A stretch of DNA of 61,961 nucleotides, filler included, from Globobulimina sp. (lineage: Eukaryota), in the NCBI GenBank assembly GCA_003354225.1. It is 19 parts of 19 records of this genome, joined end to end, with 100 filler letters (N's around TTAATTAATTAA, not from the genome) between each part and the next. Parts side by side here need not be neighbours in the genome. Positions count along the whole stretch, not along the records: positions 1 to 3,168 come from PIVH01003519.1; positions 3,269 to 6,436 come from PIVH01003520.1; positions 6,537 to 9,704 come from PIVH01003521.1; positions 9,805 to 12,971 come from PIVH01003522.1; 15 more parts are not named here. One strand, given 5' to 3'. Shown in pieces: positions 1 to 10,650 of this stretch. The notes beneath the pieces are model-generated. The model searched no databases, had not been told where the DNA came from, and saw only the letters and a list, made by a program, of their open reading frames with translations. The translations under genes and the position numbers were made by a program. How positions within the stretch are numbered: position 1 is the first letter of the stretch; each line of letters begins with the position of its first letter.

Positions 1-2
1 TC

Positions 3-3000
3 GCTTCGTCGTCGTCCTCATTCTGTGGCCAATTCGGTTCGATTTATTTTTTCGGCAATCCTTTGTCTTCAACGCAGATCAATCAGTTATACTCATTTGG
101 GGCAAATTATATGATCAAACCAGAAATTGTAAAACAATCAAATCCAAATTGGATATTAAATACATTTACGAATAATAACAATAGCAATAAGAATAACAAT
201 AACAACACACCAATCTCTATGGAAACCAGTGCGTCAACCATAGAAATTGAGATATTTCAAAATTTGATGATGGCTTTTCATCCCTTAGCCACTGAGATAT
301 CAAACAAACTCTGTTTAAATGTGGGTTGCTCCATTTATTTACACGGAAAAATCCATGGCGATGTAGAAATATTCAAAACAAAAGATGTACGAAATATATT
401 TCATTGTAGCATTGGTGGTTTATTGTCGTTATTTCCATTATTAACCTCATCCGATTGCAATGATGAAATCATATGTTTAGTATTTGATATATTGGCGCAA
501 TTGTTACATTTTAGTATCTCGAATCAAATCCAAATCCAAAGATCGTCCGCTATTCCAATACTTGGCTATTTATTGCAACAAATGGCATCAAAGTATATCA
601 CAGAAAAGGTTTTAACATCAATCCACAATTTCACCTCTCATTTGTCCTGGTTACAACACGAAGATATTATAAATAGTAAGTGTTCAGGCGCCGGCAATGA
701 GGATTGCATATTATTCAGTCATTTGCCACCATCTTTGTCCTCATCTATGCTCTTCAACCAATTGAGAGCAAATATGGACGCGTGCCACTACGATGACAAC
801 TGTTTGTTTAATCAGTCTGTAAATTATCTCATACTTAATTTTAAAATATGGACAGATTCAAACGAAAAGGTTGAAAACGAATTAGTTCAAATATTAACCA
901 TTTGGTGCAAAAATGAGCCAAAATACATGTACCAACTAATTAGTATAGATTTCCTATTAACTGATATCTTAAGCCACTATTCCTATAAAAATAGAAAAAA
1001 GAAAAAAAACATAGCCTGGCTATGGAATATAAGACAATATTACTTTAACATTCTAATCTATTTAATTCAAAACAATTTGATTGTTGACAAAAACCGGCAT
1101 CATTCCTCGTCATTGCAGCACATCGACTTATTGCTCCAAATGGCGGTGGAATTAACGGATCCGTTGCAATGTAGTGACATGATGGAAATACTCGTATCTT
1201 TAATTCATACCAATCATAATCATAATCACCACAGTCCGAATAGTCCGAATAGTAATAAATTATCGCAATTTTTGTTTTCAAAAAAAACAGATTCACATCG
1301 AAAACAGGAAAACGATTTGATTATAAATTATTTATTGAAAAAGAATTGTATTAAACTATTTGGTGTATTATTTCGCGAACAATGTGTGTTTGGTGGTGAT
1401 TTTTTGCAAGTTTGTTGTTTGCATTTAATAAACAAATTAAATTTATGTGTGTGTGGCGAAGAAAAAGAAGAAGAAAAGGAAGAATTGATTGTGTCATTGG
1501 TATCAGCATTCATAGAGAAAGAGAAGGAAATCCCTCTCGTGACATACCATTCATTTTTGGAGTTAATTCTGGCTCTCCCTCCGGGCTCAATTGGTGTTAA
1601 ACATGGCACTGAGTTTTACGTAAAAAAACATGAATTAATTCAATCAAAGCATTATATTGGCCATTTACAATCGAGTTTAATTAAATACCCGCAGGCATTC
1701 ATACAGTTATTGCGCTGTAATAATAGTAAAATAATGAAATCTGTGTTGCAGGATTTTGTGTCGTTATTGGCCGCATCGCGCCATTGCAAAGAGAATGCGT
1801 CGGCAATTGTGGCATCGCGCGGATTTCAAGAACCTTTTATAAAATTGATAGATTTTTGTAATATAAATTTACAGTCCGGCACCGATTCATTATCATGGTA
1901 CGGCGAAACCTGTTTAGATTTATTACTGCAATATTCATTGTTATATGATAATAGGGGATGGAAAATATTACGCGACACATTCAGAATTATGCGCTATTAT
2001 TGTCAACACAGCAAAATATCACTAATATATTGTGTTATATCGCAATGTTATTTATTTATACGTATTTTAAAACGATTATCTTCTTTAATTCACCAACACC
2101 AACATCTACCTAAAACGGATACGGATTTGGATGCTGATACGGATGCATTTGACACAAATATTGTGATTGTGAATTTAGTCCGTTGTCTGGAACTGATTGA
2201 AATTATAATATATGAGTTACCGCCGGGATTATTCTCGTATAAAATTGATGATTGGGTCCTAATGGAAGACGAAGAAAAGGAAAAAGAAGAAAACGAAGAA
2301 AAAGAAGACGAATTGGAAGACGAATTGGAAGACGAAGAAGAAGAAGAGGAGAAACAAGAAATTGAGAGTTGTGTGATGGACGAGATCTGGATTTTATTAT
2401 GTAGCTCAATATTGAGTGTAATGGAATCGATCCCAAAAATTAACCTCTCGCCGTGCCTATTTAGTGACACCATATCGAGTCCGCCCTTAAAAAGCGGCTC
2501 GCCATTCCGGGTCTTATTACGCTTATTATTGTCATGTTTAGAAAGGAATATTGAATCGGAGATATCCATGGCGTCCATCCAATCATTAATACAAAAGGCA
2601 TTGCAATTTCTAACGTGTCAGCAACATCCCTCCATCAAATATATTGCATCGCTGTCATTTGTAGTTCGCAGATTTCACGGCCAAGAAATAAATAATCAAT
2701 TTATCATATTTCTAATTAAATCATTGCATGACATCTATGATATTTGCAAGAACTCGAAATCCAAACATCATTTATTGAAATTAATTCAATTTGTTATTGC
2801 GTCGCGCGAACCAATCAGTTTCATTCCGATCGAAATGTTTAATGTTCTGAATGACAAAAATGTATACCTGACCTGCAAAATAAACAACGGTGAAATGTTT
2901 GCCTCCATCATTGACCAGGCCAAAAATGACAAATTAACCCATTTGGCGATACCAATTACATCAAAACTATTGTCTTTATCTCCGGCTGTAAGCAGTGTAA

Positions 3001-3168
3001 AAAGTGGTGATATGGGATTCAAATTAAATACATTGCGATTAAAATTTACTGCAAATAATGTTTTGCAAAATAAACGCATCGAAATGATGATAATGGAGCG
3101 TGTCGACAGTGATATTAAAGCAACGATGAAATTTATTGCAAACTTAAATTTTATAAATTTTGAAAAAG
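3..3168 (+). CDS. BEACH-domain family (neurobeachin/LRBA/NBEAL-like) protein, internal N-terminal part, partial at both ends
   Basis: Frame is open from base 3. FCGQFGSIYFFGNPLSSTQINQLYSFG resembles the end of the ConA-like domain; SIGGLLSLFPLL and LILNFKIW resemble the following helical region of BEACH proteins. The BEACH domain itself is not in the contig. Confidence 0.7.
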
Positions 3169-3268
3169 NNNNNNNNNNNNNNNNNNNNNNNNNNNNNNNN
3201 NNNNNNNNNNNNTTAATTAATTAANNNNNNNNNNNNNNNNNNNNNNNNNNNNNNNNNNNNNNNNNNNN
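3169..3268. other. Artificial contig spacer (first of 18)
   Basis: N-run + TTAATTAATTAA (stops in all six frames) + N-run. Contigs: 1-3168, 3269-6436, 6537-9704, 9805-12971, 13072-16238, 16339-19505, 19606-22772, 22873-26039, 26140-29305, 29406-32571, 32672-35837, 35938-39103, 39204-42369, 42470-45635, 45736-48901, 49002-52166, 52267-55431, 55532-58696, 58797-61961. Confidence 0.99.
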
Positions 3269-3296
3269 AGGGCAACCTTTCGTGCAGATTCCATTA

Positions 3297-3629
3297 CTAC
3301 AATAATTCAGTCAACAGTGTAGCTGCTAATCCCAAAGCAGGAGCAAGGAGGGCAGGCAAGAAACCTCCTTTCTGAACAAACAGTCTACGTTTAGTGTTCA
3401 ATGGCACCTTTTTATCCACCAACTCTCTGAGCACCTTTTTATATCTACCTAACCCCTTCTTCTGTTTTGGACCAAGTTTGACTGTTCCTGCTAGAATATT
3501 GTCGATTACTTCGCAGAGACAGAGGATTAGATCATTGGTTCCTGATTCTATTATAGCTTTTCTTTGCTTAGAATTGGCTTTTTTAAGTACGTGTAAAAAA
3601 TTCAAGTTACGTTTTAATCTGGCAGACAT
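3297..3629 (-). CDS. Polinton/adintovirus small basic protein with GG|F protease site and amphipathic tail (putative membrane-lytic/core protein)
   Basis: MSARLKRNLNFLHVLKKA...LCEVIDNILAG...QKGGFLPALLAPALGLAATLL. The next ORF (MESARKVA..., ATG at 3294) follows directly and is cut by the contig end. Confidence 0.7.
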   Translation of the reverse strand: MSARLKRNLNFLHVLKKANSKQRKAIIESGTNDLILCLCEVIDNILAGTVKLGPKQKKGLGRYKKVLRELVDKKVPLNTKRRLFVQKGGFLPALLAPALGLAATLLTELL

Positions 3630-3684
3630 TTTTATTTTAACAATAACACTACAACAATTTATTATATCTTGTTTAAAAGAGTAT

Positions 3685-4059
3685 TTATATATCAAGAGTA
3701 TTCAACATTTCTGCAAAGGGTCCAACATGTCCAATATCTATTTGACTAACGGTTTTCATTTTGTCTTCCACAGGTACTACTTTGAGTTCACACATGGTTC
3801 CATTTTCTTTTTTGATATTTAACACCACTTCATAGTCAGATCTGACATTAATCACAATGTCATCTTCTGTGTCCCATTTATTTTTAACCATTAGAGAATT
3901 CATTTTTTCTTTCAAACGGGGAAAGTTTTCAATAGGGAGAAACACATATCTGTATCTCTTGCTTTCTCCAGAAAAAGGTTTCTGCTGCATGTGCAGATAA
4001 CTTTGCCCATTGAATTTGCTTATCCAACAGGAAATCTGATTTGATTTATCGCACACCAT
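3685..4059 (-). CDS. Hypothetical viral protein, weak PC4-like ssDNA-binding resemblance
   Basis: ISKFNGQSYLHM...YVFLPIENFPRLKE loosely resembles the PC4 strand/helix pattern. First ATG at 4059. Confidence 0.35.
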   Translation of the reverse strand: MVCDKSNQISCWISKFNGQSYLHMQQKPFSGESKRYRYVFLPIENFPRLKEKMNSLMVKNKWDTEDDIVINVRSDYEVVLNIKKENGTMCELKVVPVEDKMKTVSQIDIGHVGPFAEMLNTLDI

Positions 4060-4239
4060 GATTGATGAGAGGGGGAGCAACCGCACAAGTCAGCGCAAAA
4101 TTGAACAATGACTTTGCAGGCTACCCTATCTTATAAAGGTCATACTCTTTGCTGATTGGTCAGAATTCTCTTCTAAAGACACGCTTACTGGCAGTGTGTG
4201 GTGATCTTAACTGTGTGTTGTTTACTTATTGCATAACAA

Positions 4240-4749
4240 ATGGATACTCGACAGTTGGGTCGATTATGCAGAATGGATGCTCATATAAACCCCGTTTTCC
4301 AAGGAGTATTCCCTTGTGATTGTCTCCCCAATAAACAAGTCTATCCCGCAGCATACATTGCCAATACCGAGGGAAAAGCTAAACCTGGAACACATTGGAT
4401 AGCGATGTTTGTTGATCATGAAGGCAATGGCGACTATTTTGATAGTTATGGGAGACCTCCTACAACCATATTCAAATCTTATTTAGACAAACAATGTTTG
4501 CAATGGCAGTATAATGGTAAACAACTGCAAACATCACTAACTTCAACTTGTGGCCAGTACTGCGTTTTCTTTCTGCATCAGCGATGTAAGGGCAATACGA
4601 TGAACCAGATTATAAAACTGTTTGATGATGATACAGTGAAAAACGATCGTAGGGTTACAAAATTTATTAATGAAAAGTATAAAGTGAATACTAAAATGAT
4701 TGACATTCCATATGTTGTTGATCAAATATCTAAAGTTATAGAAAAATAA
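4240..4749 (+). CDS. Adenain-like (C5 family) cysteine maturation protease
   Basis: GVFPCD, IANT..PGTHW, YFDSYG and LQ...STCGQYC give the catalytic His-Asp-Gln-Cys set. AATAAA overlaps the stop codon. Confidence 0.92.
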   Translation: MDTRQLGRLCRMDAHINPVFQGVFPCDCLPNKQVYPAAYIANTEGKAKPGTHWIAMFVDHEGNGDYFDSYGRPPTTIFKSYLDKQCLQWQYNGKQLQTSLTSTCGQYCVFFLHQRCKGNTMNQIIKLFDDDTVKNDRRVTKFINEKYKVNTKMIDIPYVVDQISKVIEK

Positions 4750-4889
4750 ATATTACAAACATATCTGTATAGTTGGACATTCAGGGTTTTCAGCCATTTC
4801 TTGATGTTGAGGGTTAGAGTTTCTGTTTAGTACATAATAGTTTTTCTCCTGAATCGTACTTGGTCTTTGATGAAATGACAAAAAATATA

Positions 4890-5249
4890 CTAATTATTGT
4901 CATGATCATAACAGATGGTGAACAAATCATTGCCTATATTATTGACATTCAATAAAAATTGACAAAACTTAAGCTGCATATTTTTATCATTTTGAATAGT
5001 TTTGAGTAAATGGTCATAATTCTTTGTATGTGTTTTACTCTTTAGCGTCTCATGTAGTTGTTGTATATCGATTCTTTCCAGAGCTTCTTGGAGACAGTAA
5101 TAAATTTTCATACCGTAGCCCATCAAACAAAATTCATGTTCGGTTTGGGATAGATAGCCATAAATACATCCTATACAATGTTCCCTGATAATTAGGGGTA
5201 GTGGTAGAACTTCTCTCAATGCTTCAAAAAAACTAGAGTGATCTGACAT
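4890..5249 (-). CDS. Hypothetical Polinton-associated protein with C-x2-C...SQ-x2-H-x2-C motif
   Basis: EHCIGCIYGYLSQTEHEFCLM is a possible Zn-binding motif; 119-aa ORF. Confidence 0.5.
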   Translation of the reverse strand: MSDHSSFFEALREVLPLPLIIREHCIGCIYGYLSQTEHEFCLMGYGMKIYYCLQEALERIDIQQLHETLKSKTHTKNYDHLLKTIQNDKNMQLKFCQFLLNVNNIGNDLFTICYDHDNN

Positions 5250-5366
5250 TTTCGTGGTGAGACTAAAACTCCGGCTTTGTTTATAATACTGAGTTGTCTA
5301 CATAGGAGCCTTGCATTCAATTTTTGTCATTGTTTGTTGTGTCTTGTTACTGAGTTGCGGTTTATT

Positions 5367-6083
5367 ATGGCTTCTGCTCTTGATACTTTCTTAGATATGT
5401 TTGAATATGGAGGCGAAGATAATATGATGGCCTGGGCTGAACCTATTGCGGTGGAAACTCCTGAAACTGTGCCTATATCTGAGGGGAATAAACAATTGAA
5501 AAAGGTGAATGAAATGATTATTACTGAAAACCCCAAGACAAAAGATGTTATTGTGCCTGAATTGAATGAGAAGGAAGGAAAAACTGTAAAGAAACAAAAG
5601 AAAAATACTGTAACACTATCATCCGAAACTCCAAGTGTTACTATACCTGAATTGAAAGAGAAGAAATCAAAAAGTGTTCAAGAAAAGAAAAAGGAACCAA
5701 TCCCATCAAACCGAACTCCGAAAAACAGGGAAGGAAGAAAGCGTAAACAAATTAAACCGAGCAAATTGGAACCAAAACAAAAGAAACTTGGACAAACAGA
5801 AACCAAGAAACAAACTCCCATAGAAGATGAATTTATGGTGTTCAAGTACTGTCTACCAGAAATACCAAAGGAAAAGGTTAAATTGGACAAACCACCAGGC
5901 ATCCTATTTCCACAAATCACTCATACTGCATACATGTGTGAAAATTGTTGGCGAAAAACCAAGAAGATACCTGCCATAACAACAGGTGATTGCATGAAAA
6001 TAACTATATCATTGTGTAATGACTGTGTAGGGCTTAACACCCAAATGGTGTCTCTCTATACACATGCTTTATGTGGCAAATAG
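5367..6083 (+). CDS. Hypothetical Lys/Glu-rich protein with C-terminal CxxC..CxxC motif
   Basis: First ATG at 5367. Internal repeat V(I/T)(V/I)PELxEK, then MCENC and LCNDC; AATAAA downstream. Confidence 0.55.
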   Translation: MASALDTFLDMFEYGGEDNMMAWAEPIAVETPETVPISEGNKQLKKVNEMIITENPKTKDVIVPELNEKEGKTVKKQKKNTVTLSSETPSVTIPELKEKKSKSVQEKKKEPIPSNRTPKNREGRKRKQIKPSKLEPKQKKLGQTETKKQTPIEDEFMVFKYCLPEIPKEKVKLDKPPGILFPQITHTAYMCENCWRKTKKIPAITTGDCMKITISLCNDCVGLNTQMVSLYTHALCGK

Positions 6084-6601
6084 AATATGTACCATTTTAA
6101 TATAGAAATAAACTTGAAGCTATATAATCTGAGTTTTTGCTTTTCATACATACAACATGTGCTGTCCGCTCACATTATGACAAATTTTTATTATACGGTA
6201 AACAATTTTTCACAAAACAACTCAATCGCTATATTTTTCCATAGTGTCAGTGTATGAACCATTTTCATTGGCATATATGTAAGGTATATTATCACAACTA
6301 ATGTCGGGTTTACTTCCGCCACAATTCAGATCATTATAGTAATTATTAATGTAATACTTGGGCCCCATGGTAATCCTTTGCATTACATAGTATTTTCCTC
6401 GTAATTTCACTTCCATTTCTGCTGCAACTGTAACGANNNNNNNNNNNNNNNNNNNNNNNNNNNNNNNNNNNNNNNNNNNNTTAATTAATTAANNNNNNNN
6501 NNNNNNNNNNNNNNNNNNNNNNNNNNNNNNNNNNNNTGAAGCTCGATGTCACCAAATCCAAAACTGTGATTAAACAAGATTATCCTTCTCATCATCAACA
6601 A

Positions 6602-9181
6602 ATGATGATATCTGTTGTAATATTGTATATAATATCACCTGGTTCGATTATATTAATAAATTTCTTTATAATTATGTTATACTCCATATATCTCATGCAA
6701 AATATCAATAAAAATAACAGTTACCTCGCAAACAACACTCACATGCACCAGCGGAGAAGCATGCACCTACGATTGCGGCACCTACGATTGTCAAAATGCC
6801 ATCATTCGCGCAGAGGATGCAACATCATTAAGCGTCACAAACTGCGGTGTTGTTTCCAAATACTGTGAAGGGCTCAATATTTATTGCCCACTATATAACG
6901 CTTTTGGAGATTCACAAAATACCTGCAATGTATCAGGTGTTGCTTCAAACACTATAAAAAACGTAGAAATCTTCGCCCAGAATGCATGGTATGATGTATT
7001 CGTAGATAACGCATTGGAGCTAATAGCTGCCAGCGGCGGCTCTATAATGCATTGTGGCGCAGACACACTTACATATTCATGCAAATTCGGGGCGGGAGGT
7101 GCGGATAATAATCAGTGTGCTGCCGCAGAAGCAGACAAAACCTGTGATAGCTTTATAATGACCAGATTTCCGACTACAAATCCTACGACAAACCCATCCA
7201 TGCAACCGTCAATGAGTCCCACTCGAAATCCAATACAGGCAGTGGTATTAAGTTGCGTTGCCAACGAAAATTGCGCATTCGATTGCAATGTTGACGACTG
7301 TCGATTGGCCACTATCCGCGCTGAAATAGCATCGACTTTAACCGTAACTAACTGTGGTAAGCAAGCAAATAATTGCGATGATTTAACTGTGTATTGTCCT
7401 CAATATAATGCACAAATACATGCTGCAGGTAAGTAACAACAAAATTGTTCACTAAATGAGATTATGTTTGTTTTTACATAATATTTAGAAACAAAAGCAT
7501 ACAATACGTTTTTCATAATTTTATGCACCTAAAAGTGTAACAACACGTGTTATATGTTCTTGTTTCAAACGTAAATTATCATTAATTGCAGGAATTTGTT
7601 GTATTCCATACTGTTAATCATGTTTTATAAATATATTGAAAAAATAATAAATATGTATGTCACTTCAGGTACCTGTGTTATCAATGGCGGTTCCAACAAT
7701 CCAGTCAGTAATTTGCATATCTTTGCTCAGGATGGATTCTATGATGTTGATGTATTGACTAATATAGATTTAGTATCAGGCAGTGGCACACAAATGCATT
7801 GTGGCGGTGACGCAGACACAAATGCATATACTTGCAATTTTGGTGCTGGTGGTCTTGACAATGATGTATGTGAAACAAGTGCAGCTGACAAAACCTGTGA
7901 GACTTATCAAATGACATTGAATCCAACATCAAATCCCACATATTATCCCACCGCAATACCAACCACAAATCCATCAACAAATCCAACCTCAAATCCTACA
8001 TTTAATCCAACCGCAATTCCAACCGCAAATCCTACATTTAATCCCACCGCAATACCGACTGCAACCACAGCACCTCCAACATTTGAACCAACTATCAATC
8101 CAACAATTTATCCTAGCACCAATCCAACAAAAATGCCAAGCACAAATCCCACAATCACTCCAACCCAAAATCCCAGCACCTCTCCATCCGTCCATCCGTC
8201 CTCTGTTCCATCAATAAGTCCAACACGAAGACCAACAATGGAGCAGGAATTCGAAGAGAGCACAACCTCAAATACATCCGATGGAGATGAACAAGGTACT
8301 ATTTATCATATATTCCAATCACATTTGCATCGCAACACATTCACGCAGGCGTACAGAGTGGCAGTGGTCCACAAAATGGCTTTGTCATTCCATTAGTTGT
8401 GGCTTTGAGCATTGTAGCAGTCATATTTTTTTTGGGCGCAGCGTATTGGATCGTAGTTAAGAAACGGAAATTGGAGGAAGAGTATGGTGCGGAATTCAGA
8501 AGAGCTGCTTCAGAAATGATTGAGATGGAAATGGTGTGTCATACCATCCCCGCGGATAACTTGTCGCGTCCTCCTACAGCGAGCACGCAACCAAAGCAAC
8601 AGAGGCCGCCGCGGACTGTGACTATGAGCGGCGAGCATATGGAGTATAATGAAGTGTATGGGTCGCCGCGTGAAGCTGTCGTCCCTGTGGAGGAGGAGAA
8701 TGAGAATGGGTACGCGTTTGGGTTTGACGCTGGGAATGAGGAGAATGAAAATCGTCGCTTATTTTATCAGGCGCAGTTTATGCAAATGATGATGGAGGAC
8801 CAACAGCAACAGGCGTACTTATTGCGGCTGGATACAGTGCAACGGAGACAATATATACAGTATCAAACGAATTTATATTTGGCGAGAGTGGAGGATATGG
8901 CCAGAAAGAAAACATTACCTATTTATGATGACGCTGCTGCGCCAGAGACAGATGCGGAGGAAGGCACAAGCGATGAGAGTGTGGAAGGAGAGGTGGTGGA
9001 GACTATGAGAGGCGACATTGGTGACATGCTGTTGGATTTGGATATGGATGAATCTGTGGATAATATACAAGCGAATGTGGATGAATCTGACCATGAAGAG
9101 AGTGATCAAAGTATTCTTGCGACGATCGAGAATACGAAAGGGATGATTGTCGATTTGGAACCTGATTCGTGTTTTGATTGA
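6602..9181 (+). CDS. Type I membrane surface protein: signal peptide, two tandem Cys-rich domains, PT-repeat stalk, TM helix, acidic tail
   Basis: Exons 6602-6641, 6721-7428, 7669-8295 and 8349-9181 join in frame via phase-1 GT-AG introns. Duplicated MHCG..T..Y.C.FGAGG.DN..C...ADKTC module, NPT/PT repeats, TM LVVALSIVAVIFFLGAAYWIVV. Confidence 0.8.
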
Positions 9182-9365
9182 CACTGTTAAATGTTAGTGT
9201 AAATAGTATGCTTTTTTTCGATGTGGTTAGAAAATTATAATATATAATGACTTTGTAATTTTGATTATAATTTTTGTTAGATAACTTATTGAACTCTACA
9301 CTGGAAGTACAAGGTCGTAAAATATTATCCTTGCACTTGTTTTATTTATAAAGTTTTTATAATAA

Positions 9366-9704
9366 ATGGGCAACACTTCGGCAATTGAAGGGGCAATTCC
9401 GCACTGGGATGAAACGGACTGGAATTCGTTAATTGATGGTTACATCAGAAAACATCAAAAACATAATGACATTCTTGCCAACCGAATTCCAAAGACATTA
9501 AACAAAATAATATACAATTATTCTTATCAAATTGCAATGAAATTTGTTACAAATTTGGTATTTGCAACATGGATAACCGAACCTATGACATTCATTGATG
9601 ATGTAACTGTTGAATATGTCAATCCACGTATTGCTGCTACATGTTTATTATGCAATTATCCAATCACAGCTGATATGTGCAATGAATTTATGTTTGAAGG
9701 AGCT
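9366..9704 (+). CDS. Hypothetical protein with N-terminal GYIR..IP motif, 3' partial
   Basis: MGNTS (possible myristoylation site), then LIDGYIRKH...RIPKTLNKIIYNY. Confidence 0.55.
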
Positions 9705-10273
9705 NNNNNNNNNNNNNNNNNNNNNNNNNNNNNNNNNNNNNNNNNNNNTTAATTAATTAANNNNNNNNNNNNNNNNNNNNNNNNNNNNNNNNNNNNNNNN
9801 NNNNTCATCAGGAGTTTTAAGGGGGTTGTTTCAAAGACTTGTGATTAAGAATATTTCCTATAGAAATGATCCTGTACAAGTATTTCCTTAAAGAATAATA
9901 TTTTCTCATTTGCTAACTCCACTCTCATGCCATTCCCATCAAATATCTATAAATTCCATGCAAACCAATTCCATTTATGGTACGGTATTATATCCAATTC
10001 AATTCCAATCACAAATAACTAACTCACTGAATGCTGCTCCATCTGTCAGATGTAATCTATTCTGTGTGTTTCAGTTTCAGTGTTGAGTGTGCCATGACTG
10101 CCATGCTCAGATCAGATGATCGAATTTAATGTTTGACTGTTTTGTTTTTGAGTAAAAAATAAATGATTCCCTAAATGTTGCTGAAATGTACGTACACAAA
10201 TTTATGGATAATGCCCGGCCCGGCCTGTGATGTCTGCAAATTGTTGATGCAAAAAAAAAAATAAACTTTGTGT

Positions 10274-10478
10274 TGACTCAGATAGGATTCAAACCTATAT
10301 CTATGTGGACTGTACCAACAACATTTGGTTATGTATTATATTTAAGGTGTTGGTAAACAAATTGCTTTTAAACTTGGTTACGTTTTATCATATTGAGAAA
10401 AGGTTGGTTGTTGGGGGGACACAGCCGAAGCTGCAGACACACGCTCTATCAAATATTAATTAATTGAGCTACTGAGTC
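10274..10478 (-). ncRNA. tRNA-like RNA with 121-nt structured insert in the anticodon loop (copy A; nominal anticodon GCA)
   Basis: Acceptor GACTCAG/CTGAGTC+A, D-stem GCTC/GAGC (19-nt loop ending GATA), stem TGTG/CACA, T-arm ATAGG-TTTGAAT-CCTAT. T10 run at 10260-10251 downstream. Confidence 0.85.
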
Positions 10479-10650
10479 TTGTATATTGCTTGTGCTTAAC
10501 ATAATTATTGATGCGCTATATATGTTGCTATCGAATGGCACACAAATATTTATGGTATGCTACTGGTACATTCTCAGTACACAATAGATTTCAATGGAAA
10601 GAATGTTTTGAAGTGGCAAGCAGTTAATATATAATAATTATAGGTATTAT

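Larger units (their letters stand above)
3269..6436. mobile_element. Polinton/Maverick or adintovirus-like fragment
   Basis: Compact intronless ORFs on both strands, including an adenain-type protease and a small basic ORF ending QKGGFLPALLAPALG. No TIR, polB, integrase or capsid gene is visible. Confidence 0.8.

Noticed and set aside
2090-2578. Antisense ORFs over real genes (also 30354-30857, 39641-40099, 3394-3822 and many short ones)
   Set aside because: Shadow frames of low-complexity or conserved coding sequence.
3169-3268. Regularly spaced TTAATTAATTAA repeats and ORFs ending in X/LIN
   Set aside because: Artificial linkers between contigs, not a biological repeat array.
7900-8240. 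CRISPR-like or satellite repeat
   Set aside because: These are coding Pro-Thr repeats of a surface-protein stalk.
10456-10465. TTAATTAATT inside tRNA-like copy A as a linker remnant
   Set aside because: No flanking Ns and not the full 12-mer; treated as a genuine AT-rich D-loop expansion.
10274-10478. Ordinary intron-containing tRNA-Cys(GCA), and tRNA-Arg(ACG) for 50705-50939
   Set aside because: A19/U56, the 31-39 mismatch, A73 in the Cys candidate, the 19-nt D-loop and insert motifs shared across different anticodons do not fit; kept as tRNA-like ncRNA.
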